From: an uncultured bacterium
GTDB lineage: Bacteria; Oederibacteriota; JAAXVQ01; JAUVAV01
NCBI GenBank assembly: GCA_963710755.1
Contig: CAVQBK010000001.1
Location: 288,001 to 352,000 of the forward strand
Reading direction: 5' to 3'
DNA: 64,000 bases
In this document: one piece after another, positions 17,748 through 28,000 of the stretch
How positions within the stretch are numbered: the first letter of the stretch is position 1
Layout: each line of letters starts with the position of its first letter
Program-made: the position numbers and the translations under genes
The notes under the pieces: generated by a model
Database searches by the model: none
What the model was told of the DNA's origin: nothing
Seen by the model: the letters and a program-made list of their open reading frames with translations, nothing else

Positions 17748-18890
17748 CTATTTTTGCACATGGTCTACCACCCGGTCCATGCGCATGGTCAGCAGCCAGT
17801 GTTGAAAACCCGCGTGATTCAGGGGATTATCGACAAACCCGAACAAATGACTTTCGCAGCAGCAATCGGATGATCCAAAACGTTTAATCTGCCATTGGCT
17901 CATAGCCTTCACACCCTCAGCCAAGAAACATTCCAAGTCGTCACTGCTGCGTATGGCCAGTGCATCGACCACCTCCACCTTGGCGCGAAAATAATCGATA
18001 TGCCAATGGAAACGTTTGCGCAAGCGTTTGTGCCGTTCTACTCTGCTGGTGAGATTGACGCGGGCCGACCCCACATAAATATAATACCCCGGCGGGAAAT
18101 CGATTTTGCCCAGTGCGCTGATCTCAATTTGCTGGTGGTGTTTGTTTTTTAAAATCAGCAGATAGGCACCTTTGTCCTGAGCTTCCTTTCCTATTACGCC
18201 CCAAGGAATAATGATGTGTTTAGGGACTAAATCAAAGGTCAAGTCTTGTTGCCATTTAACTGCAACTGCTTTGGTTTCAATTCTATCTTTTACTTTTATC
18301 AAGGTCTGCGCAAAGGCCAGATCCGTATGGTAATCAGGCAGGAAAAAATCAGGCTGAGGATGATGGATGATAAAAAGAACACCGCCTTGGTTGTGGCGGT
18401 CATGCAAATCTGCCAAGGCCAGGAGATGCTGCTTGCCCCTGGTGGTAATGGCATCAGGAAACATGGCTACCTTGCCGCTTACCAGCGTGCAGGATTTAAC
18501 TTCCAAATAATAATGCTTTGCCCCTTGGTCCAGCAAAAAATCAAACCGATGATGTCCCAGAGCGGCTTCCCTTTTGATTATAGTCGCATCTTCCAAACCC
18601 GGTATTTTTTTATGGTTTAACAGCCATTGCGCCACATCATTGGTTCTGTGGGTATGGAGCATTACCGGCACGTTCTCTTTTTCAACCGCCACCAGCACAT
18701 AAGGTTGCTTGGCTTCCGGTTTGCTGGACGGCTGCAGGTATACCACTGCTCCTGGTAAAAACAACTCTTTAAGACGTCCGGGATTGGGCATATAGGCTGC
18801 TACTATTTTTCTGTTTAATTGACACTCTACAATAAAACGGTTTGGTCTTCGGTAATAGACTGCTTTGATGAGGTGATGGAATAGTTGCAT
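17748..18890 (-). CDS. sfsA: SfsA nuclease fused to a C-terminal DUF123 (GIY-YIG) domain
   Basis: RPNRF, MPNPGRLKEL, RFDFLL, EVKSCTL and FPDAITTRG..HL; then KGAYLL...YIYVGSA...RH...HWHIDY...FGSSDC.C.SHL. Confidence 0.9.
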   Translation of the reverse strand: MQLFHHLIKAVYYRRPNRFIVECQLNRKIVAAYMPNPGRLKELFLPGAVVYLQPSSKPEAKQPYVLVAVEKENVPVMLHTHRTNDVAQWLLNHKKIPGLEDATIIKREAALGHHRFDFLLDQGAKHYYLEVKSCTLVSGKVAMFPDAITTRGKQHLLALADLHDRHNQGGVLFIIHHPQPDFFLPDYHTDLAFAQTLIKVKDRIETKAVAVKWQQDLTFDLVPKHIIIPWGVIGKEAQDKGAYLLILKNKHHQQIEISALGKIDFPPGYYIYVGSARVNLTSRVERHKRLRKRFHWHIDYFRAKVEVVDALAIRSSDDLECFLAEGVKAMSQWQIKRFGSSDCCCESHLFGFVDNPLNHAGFQHWLLTMRMDRVVDHVQK

Positions 18891-19026
18891 GGCTCTGCCT
18901 TCGGCGGAATGGATAATAAACCGGTTGAATCAGATTATTTTTTCATTGTATTTAATAATATTAGAGTGTTTATTTAAAGTCATTTATCTTGTTTGCGATT
19001 ATGTTAAATCTCGATCCCAATCCCCC

Positions 19027-22000
19027 CTAAGCCGCACTTTGCAAGGACAGCTTGACCGGTTTGGGCTTGGCTGGCTGGTGGTCTGGGATTACACTTGGTG
19101 GCAAGTTTAGGAACCGGCGCAATGCGTTGTACCTGGCTAACCATGATATCCTGCCCAAATTGGAACCAGTCGTGCTCAAGCGAGACCAGGTTCGGAATAA
19201 TACCTCAAAAGTGTCGGTCGACATCAACAGGCGCTCTCTTACTTTGGGCGAGGCGTTGCCGGAAGCTAACAGTGCGGCTTTTTGTTCTTCCAAGGTTTCC
19301 AGAAGCAGCAGCAACAAACGACTGCTTCCCTGTGCCGGGTTTTGGACAAAATTACAATATGCTTTACGCGCTTGCGACCCCGCTTCGTTCATAGTCTTGG
19401 CTAATTCAGAATCTGACACCCCATGCAACTTCGCAACCAAATAAGCCATTGGCCGGCGCTTCATCATCTGAGTCCTCCATATTGTAGCCAAGGTCTGAGG
19501 CAACAAGTTACTCATGGCCAACTGAATACGAATCCAGACCTTTTGTGCTAGCGCCGCTGTCTCCAGCCTCGAATCCGAACCGCTCTGCACTATTACAATC
19601 GGTTCAAAAGCATGTTTGAAAGCCTCTCTGGCTTGGCGCCGTACGACCAGCTCAAAGAGGGTTTTATTTAATGCTGACGGCCTTTTTCCAGGCCACAAAC
19701 GGAGAGGCACCCCAATGATAAGACGGCCATTACCATCAAATCTGTAGCTTCCCCAGGGCCTGTTGCTGGGGGTAGGTAATGGTTCCACATGCACTTGACC
19801 GCTCTTAAATTTCAAAGCAGACCAATCATCACTTAAAATCAGCGAGGCTTTTTCAAGATCGTTTATAGCTGCAGTACCCTGCCGGTTTTCCAAAGGCAGA
19901 ATCATATAAAGACCCACCAGCTGCCATCCGGTCCATAAGAGCGGTCTCGTAATCACCCGCAGCACTTCCCAGACACCACTACCGTCTTCCATCCGGTTCA
20001 GCCACTTCACCAACCATGGCCCAGATCCTGTGAGTGATTGACCGCTAAGATCCTTAATACTTTTGTCCTGCTCCATTTTTTGGGATAAGCGACGCTCTTG
20101 GGGCTTCCAAGTCCGGCTTGCGGCGCGCTCCACACGAATAGCCATCAGTTCTTCCGTCAGCTCATCCCACCATGATTTTAATCCTGTCCACCATGGCGGC
20201 TGCATGGCGATCACGGTCACCTTGTTCCTCTCTTCCATCCTGCTGAGATGATAAAATTCATGAGCTAATAGGGATATCCTTTGACCTTGCGATAAATTGG
20301 TAAAATGACGCGGCAGGCTCAAACTTAAGGCGCCGTTTTGTTGCACCACATGGGCCAGACTGCCGCCCCAAAGGACTAACTTCCACCAGGATAAATTGGT
20401 GGTTTTTAATGCCACCTGGCTAAGGATAGAGGGATAAAGATCACTTTCTCCATTGATCCATTGATTCCAGGCCGGCCATCCCGGAATAGTAAGTCCAGCT
20501 TGCTTCATGTCCCTTAAATCAGCATAAAAATCATCCCGACCATAGGGGGTAATACCTTGCTTAAACAAAGTCACAAGCAGAGGTAAGCGCATCAGGAAAT
20601 AACCGACAGGCACCACGGAAACCAAAGTTCCCAGCCCCCGGCCCGTGTCTATCCCGGAAAGGAGCAAAATCGCGTCTATCAAGATGCCCATTGACGCCAC
20701 AGCGCCAATCATGGACATGCGCCGTTTACTTTTCTTTTTCGAAGACTTGGCTTGCTTTGCAGAAGACCTGACCTTTTCTTTTCCTTCATCCCAAATAACG
20801 GTATAGGGCATGGTCGGCAAGAGATCCTCTAATTCTTTTTCCTTTTCCTCTTGGAATAATACTTCCACGCCGGGATATTTTCCCCTCAGGTCCTGGCGGT
20901 CGGCAAATAGATGATGTACCACTGCACCAAGCGCCGGAACTTTGTTTAAATTGGAATTTATATAAATAATAGTTTTTGGGAAAGTTGGGATGCTGTTGAA
21001 AAACTTTTCCATTTTTTTCATGAGATTCCTGACCGCTGAATCGCTTCCAAAAACGATGATGTTCATGCACCGGTAAATATCATCAACCACGATATTGTCT
21101 TCATTCAAACCATCTTTAAGTGATGCAAAACTTCCGGCAATGGCAACTAAGTCCACTCCCTTTTTCAGGGTTGATCTATTTCTGCTGATAAATGTCCTTA
21201 TCCTTCCCAAAAGAACGTCTCTATCAAGAGCTTTCGCGGCAGGATAAAGCTGGTTTATGTCACTTACCACTAACTCCTCAACAGCCACATCCTGCTCAAC
21301 CAGCTCTGCAAGCAACATCATTATTTTATTAATCAATTCTCCTGCAGTCTCCTTTGATTCTCCTGTCCCCCCCTTTATTTCATACTGGCCAAAAACAAGC
21401 CGGGGCAATTGCTTAAGGACGTCTTTTTGCTCCGTAAGTCTTTTATAAAACAGATTGGAATCATCCGTTCCTCCAGTAACCAGCATCCCAATAGTATCTT
21501 TTTCCAAATTCGGCAAATCAATTTTACTAATTGGACCCTTGGCCATATCAGCCTTTCCGTAATTACCAATAAGATTAACGGCAATCGGAAGTCCCTCAGC
21601 AGCATTGGCCACTAGGTTATGTAAGAGGTGCATCATGGCTTTAAAACGTTTATAATCCTTTATTTTTTGTTGGTCCGGCCCGGGTGCGGGCATTTCCGAT
21701 TTTTTCACGACCCGAATGGTAACGTCCGTTTTTTTCGGTTGCGTTTCTTCTAATGCTGGCTTAGTCCGTTTTTCCGACATTTCCAGATGTCTTATGGTCA
21801 CCTCTTGCTGTTCTTCAATAAAATCAATAATGTTCTGTCCCAGGTCGCCGAGAGGTTCAAATTGATCTTTGTACCGGGTTATATCTTCGTCATTGGCCAC
21901 GGCCCGGTCCACGGTGGATTTTACTTTCACCTTAATATCAGCCTTGATGGAGCTTTGGAAATCTTCGAAATCCCATTTTTCCCAAAGTTGGGCCATGGCC

Positions 22001-25000
22001 GGCCAATCAGGCATAGGCTTTTGCAATTCTTCCTCGACCAAAGCTACCAACCGGTTTTGGATGCTTTTCAAAACCAGTAAAAATTTAATAGTCGTTCCCC
22101 TTTGGTCCGACCCTACCAAGCCCTGCTGCTGCAGTTTATCAGCCGCTACCTTCAAATGATGAGGATGGTGATTAAGAATAATCAGCGCTATTTCCAAGGC
22201 ACCCCCAATGGCCGGCAATTCGGCTATGGTTTCTGATAAAGATTTGGCTTGTGATAACTCATTGTAATGCTGAACAAGATCACCAAGCGGCAGTTGTTGA
22301 ACAGACGGCTTTGAAGAAAGGGGTTGATCGGCCAGGGATAATCCATGGTCCCGAATAAAAGCTTCACCTTGATCCCCAGTCAACAGGTGATCGTCCTTAT
22401 AAACCGAAGGCAACTGCTGGTCAAAAAAGTTCTGCATTCTAGATGTATCATTTTTTGATAAAAAATCGCCCAGAATAACTTCTTTGGCATCAGCGCTGTA
22501 GGCTAAATATAAGCGGTAAGGGCCAACGCGGTAATGTAAATGTTGGTAAGTATGGTGACCGACCTTATAAAAAGCACCAGTAGTTCCGCTGGGCATTATT
22601 CCCAGCTGGTCATATTCAGCAATCCGAAGAATAATCTTTTGTATTCTTTTCCATTGCTCGTCAGTAATATTTTTAGTGCTGCTTACAAAATTGGAAGTTA
22701 CCGACTGCTTTAAACCGGTGGTTCCTGTTACGCTTGTCATGGCATCCTTATCAAGCATGCCGGCGAAGAAGCCTATGCCCATAACGGTATTGATCAGCTC
22801 GGTTAAATGGTGCGGATGCTGTCCCGAGCCCGGCGGCCAAGGCGGTTTCCGGCTGAAAGATAAGTTTAAGAATCACCCCGCGATGAAAGCCCGGCCCCCA
22901 AGATCCATGTCCAAAGAGGCTGTATGCCTTCTTCCATCATAAGTGGGGAAAGCAGTTCCTTCAATTGCCAACTCAAAGCCTCACGATCCATTTTTAAACC
23001 ATATTTCTTTGATAAGAGTACAATGAATCGGGAACATTCCTTTCTGTCCAACACATCTAATAATGCCATGATAAGCCTTCACCAACTCATCCAGGCGAAT
23101 GCACGCCCGGTCTAATCATCTCATCATGAAACATATACGACTCGGCCTCCTCTTCTCCCAAGAACAGCGTTAAAAAGGAGCGCCGCAAGTTTGGTTGCAA
23201 TGTTTCCAAAGACATCCTTACCGGGGCAATCAAGGGGCAATTGCTCAAATCGATCAAAATAGCTCTTAACGGTGTCTTCCAAATCCGCAATGGAGGTTTT
23301 ATTCACCAAGGATTGCAGTATACGGCTTATGTCCTCAATAGTTTCTAATTTCTGATAATTTAATAGTTCCACTACCATCTTCAGATCAACATTTTGATCA
23401 AGCATACTTTGAAGAATGTTATCGCGATTTTTCCCAGGAATATTTTTGGTTGCTGCATATGGCGGCGATCAGCCAGTTTATGTCTCTTCTGGTTTTGGTC
23501 AAAGATTTTACAAGTGATTCATTTTTTATCTTCACAGGTTCAAGCAACTTTAAAATCTCTTCCAATTCATCAGTGGGATAGGTGCTTTTAAGGAAAGCTT
23601 GCATGATTGCATCATTGGAGATCTGGTCATGATGTTTACGGTAGAATTTATAATTTGTATTGGCACCCCGATCGCCTTTAACAAAAGTTTTAACCATGGC
23701 CGGGGTCAAGTTATTACTTTCAGGATCTTGTATTAGACGGATTAATAGGCTTATTCCTCTCGCCAGCTCAGGCAAACTAAGCTGTTCTTTGACCTCTTGA
23801 GGCCAATTTCTCAGCCACACCGGCGGTTCCGATAAGGTGATGGCTTGCATGATGGTTCTGCTGACCACACGTTCTACATCATTGGTGCGGGTAATTATTC
23901 CGCTGAACACCATCGCCAAGTCACTCCATGACAAAGCAACTCCAGGTATTTTCCCAGAGCGATCCAAATGATTTAAAGAAGCCCCAAGCCGCGTTAGGGC
24001 AAGCTTCACGGGCTGCTCTCCCACCAGGTTCGCCTTTGCCAACTCGGATACCACGGTACTCAGTCTGTCACGAAAACGATTAACTTTGGCCAGCCTCTGG
24101 AATGATCTTAATCGCATACTTAACGCTCGACTGTTGGCTTTCAGCTTCCAGTCTATGCTTCATTTCCAGAAGATCTTGGTTCGATAAACTCGATCCCAAT
24201 ATCTGAGCCCGCTCATTAACCCCCGCCCAGTGCTTGGCCACCCACCTTACCACCTCTTTCAGACCTTCAATTTCCCGGCGACCACTGATGGTTTCCGCCA
24301 CTGCCGTGGCCTGAATAACAATATCTTCCTTCTTAAGATTGTTAAAAACCGCAACATAGTCTTCTAATTCTGCTGCCGGCCGGTCACTGCGGAGCAAAGA
24401 GGCCACCGCCCGGCCATTAATCAACGATAAATGGTTGCCCTTGTTTAAAAAAGCCCAAAGGCCAAGATTTTCTTTGAATCGTCTGATGTAACTGTACCGA
24501 TATTGCGGGTCAATCATATTCTTTATATCACTTTGATTAAAAAACAGGGGATGGTCGGGTTGGCTGATATGTTCAAGCAGCAAGGGAAACAGTGTTTCCC
24601 AATTGCGATGAACCAAGGGAATGGATTTAAGTTCTTCCATAAAAGCATGGCTCTGCAGCCAATGTTGATCATCCAGGGTCTTAATCATTGCACTTATATC
24701 AGAAGGCAAATTCAGTCCCTGCCAGGATACGCTACTTTCATTGTCGGATTTGGTAATGGTCAGCTGTTGCACTTCCTCCCTAGTCATTGAAAAAACCGTC
24801 ATCAACAGGGTCTGACTGGAAGGTGTCAAAGCTTTAAACCATTTCAGCAATTCATCATAATCTTCCAAATTGTTTTCAGCAGTAGGCGGCTTGCCAAGCG
24901 TCATCGAAGGAGGTCCTCGCCGTCTGGTGAAAAAACGTCGAAGCTTTTCTTTAACATTCTGACTCATACCTAGCGCCAGCAGCCGCGAAAAATCATCAAC

Positions 25001-28000
25001 GCTCCAATTCTCACCCAAGACTAATAGTTGCCGAATCTCTTTTAATCCAACCGAGCGTTTGATGATCCGTTCCACCAGTCCCGGTTGGTCTTTTATATGC
25101 AGTTGATAGACCAGGTCCAAAATAGCTTCCAAACGCCGGTCACTCCCGTTTTGCATAGCCACGCATTCGCCAATGTTGGTCGGGGGCATGTCCAAAGCCA
25201 GCAGACGTTCATACAAATCCAACAGCACCGGCAAAGGTCGTGGGTTCACAATGAGCAGACGCATAAGATTGTAGGACGGGCTTTCCTTTTTATATGTTGT
25301 ATCACTGACCAACTGCCGCAGTTCTGCCGCTGTCTTGGTGGTGTCCACTGCTGCTTCCAATATACTACGTTCTAGCGGCAGATTTTTCTCCTTGAGGTAG
25401 TGGTAAATAATTTCCAGATGATCGCGATGATTTAAAAACTTATGGATTCTGGTACCTTCGAAACTTTTTTCAACTTCCCCTGGCTCCCGCCACTGTTCTT
25501 TTTCATGATCTGCCCCGGTTGGTGCTAACGCCTGTATAATGATATGAATGAAGGCCGCGTCACTGCCGCGACGTAAGGTCTCTCTCTCTTCAGTGACATA
25601 TTTGTAAAACTCAAATCGATTTTTTTGCACCGTCTGAACAGTTTGCTGTTTGATACGTGTTTTTGAATCGGTCCCTTGGATTTTCGCAATACTTTTGTCA
25701 AATCTTTCATTTTGATGTTGTTCCTTGTACAATATTTCTTTAAGTGATCTCAATCGTTCTTGCAGTTCCCTTTTCAGAACCTCTCTAAGTCTAAGCGCTT
25801 CCTGATTGGACATCATATCAGACTTTTCCAATTGGCCCACCAAGTTCATCAAACGTTTATCCAATTGTTCGTCTTGAGTAAAAGTTTGCTTTTCGATAAT
25901 GGCGCCCAGCTTCATGCGTAGGTCGTTTCTATTGACAATACGGAGATGCTCCTTCCCTAATAACCTTTCCTTGATAGCTGTATTGGACAGCTGACTGCCT
26001 AAAATATCGTCATAGGCACCTTGCGCGTAGCCTTTTTGCTTCAAGCCAGACAAGATCGCTTCCAGACCCTGCACAGGTCTTGCCCGCTCAAATAGGCGGG
26101 TAATTAGAGAAGGTGACAACTTATACTTATCTTCATCAGTTTCTTGGTTGTAATTTCCAATGACCTCGGCATAACCTTCGACATCTTTCAAGGTCATTTT
26201 CTTCTTAAAGACAGCAACAGCCGCGTTGGGCGTTATTTGTGGCTCACGGCCAATGGGTTCCCATAGGTTTAAATGCTCCACAAAATAAGCCCATCCTTGC
26301 CGCCGAATGGACTCCAGTTGATTCGGTTCAAAAAATAGCTGGGATTCATTTGGCCTGGTCAGCTTCGTGAGGATAAGATCAAACACTTTCACTTCCGTAT
26401 GATCCACAGCAGGCAGGTTATTGATAGCTTTAGCAACCCGGCCTTTGTCCAACCAACCCATCCGGGCCAGCTGATCAACCACTGGTTCCCAGTTCGACCC
26501 TTCACCGTCAACAAGGATGGGCTCATGCGAGTTATCTCCTGACCGACCGCCTTGGTGTTGCTCCATCATCATCTGAACCGGCCATTGCCAGTGCAGCCAA
26601 GGCCCGCCGATAGTCATGCCCTTAGCACCGGCAGGCCAAAGGATCTCCACGGGCCACTGCCAACGCAGCTTAAAGGTTGGAAAATTAAAGCGGGAGGATA
26701 ATGGCTTGAAGAAAGAACTGTAGGTGTCTTTTTCAATCAGCTTGTAGACGTAGACCCAAATGGAACCCCAGCCTGGCCGGCCCTTCAGCTGTTGGTCCAA
26801 ACTCTGCAATCGCAGCCCTTCATGGACAACAATGGTCGGTAGCAGCAGGCCTTCCCTAAGCCGATTAAACCAGCGGTTAGTCCGAGCGCGCCACCAGCCA
26901 AGGCGCCAAAAATACCACCTTGCGGCCTTGAGACCACGCTGTCCGGGCCAGCCGGTACCAGGCCATGGTTGAATCAAGATTGACTTCATCAGCCCCGGCC
27001 TGCACCAGGGGCTGGTTGAACGCCTCAGTAAGCTTTGGATCCTGCGGGGCCCTGTCCAGATGAAGCCATCGCGCCTGAATCACCAAACCCAGGGCAATGG
27101 CCGTTTGTACTCCATAGACCATTAATGACAAACCACTGACCCCGCTTATGAGGAGCATGGTGAAAATCCATTGCAGGCCTTGACCATGGAGTACCAAGGA
27201 AAGGCTCGATCCCAGCATTAAGCCACTTAGCATAACTGCCATAAAGCCCTGAAGAAGATTGAAATCGCCTTTTTTGCCCCGCTTGTCAGTAGGTTTGAAG
27301 CCAATGGCCTTCCACGGGTTCAGCTTTGCAACCCATTGGCTTGTCATTTCAAGTAACTGTATAAAACGTTTGGCCCAATGGGTGGCTTTTTTCTGCCCAT
27401 AGGCTTTTCTTGCAATAGCCAGGGCGGAAATAAGAAAGGTCGTGGATATGAGTCCGGTCAACGTCAAAGGTCCTGCGCCGGGTTTGACGCCAACCCCTTC
27501 CTCCCATTTATCGTAATAAGTCCCAAAAGCGACCTTTTTCCGCGGTAAACCGAAGATATCCACCGCCGGGAATTCAGGTTGCAGACTTTCAGGCTGCTTG
27601 TTTTGCCCGAAACGTGGTTCCAGGTACTCCATGTCCGCATGACTGCCAAAGAAAACCATTTGCCTGGCTACCAGGGTCCAATCGATCAAACCAAGCGTTT
27701 GTTTCACAAATGTCTCATGGCCTGGTCCCAAATAATTGTTAAAGTAAATCTCAAAGCTTTTACGCATCAGATTGGTTAAGCCCGAAAAACTCTCCGGCTC
27801 ATTCCAATTCATGTTTCGCCATTTCAATGGATTTTGATTATGCCATTTGATAATCGCCAGAGTCACGACTAAAAAATAACGGCTAAAAAATTCCAGTAGG
27901 TAAAAATTGGTTTCATTTTCGGCAAAATAGGTGTGAATGAAATCGATGTTTTTGCCCAACAGACCTAAATTTTGCATAATCATCGCCATAGGCATAAGCC

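Noticed and set aside
22866-24117. Separate small genes or stop-codon recoding in the fragmented region
   Set aside because: Fragments change frame rather than reading through in-frame stops, and single-base corrections give a continuous protein.
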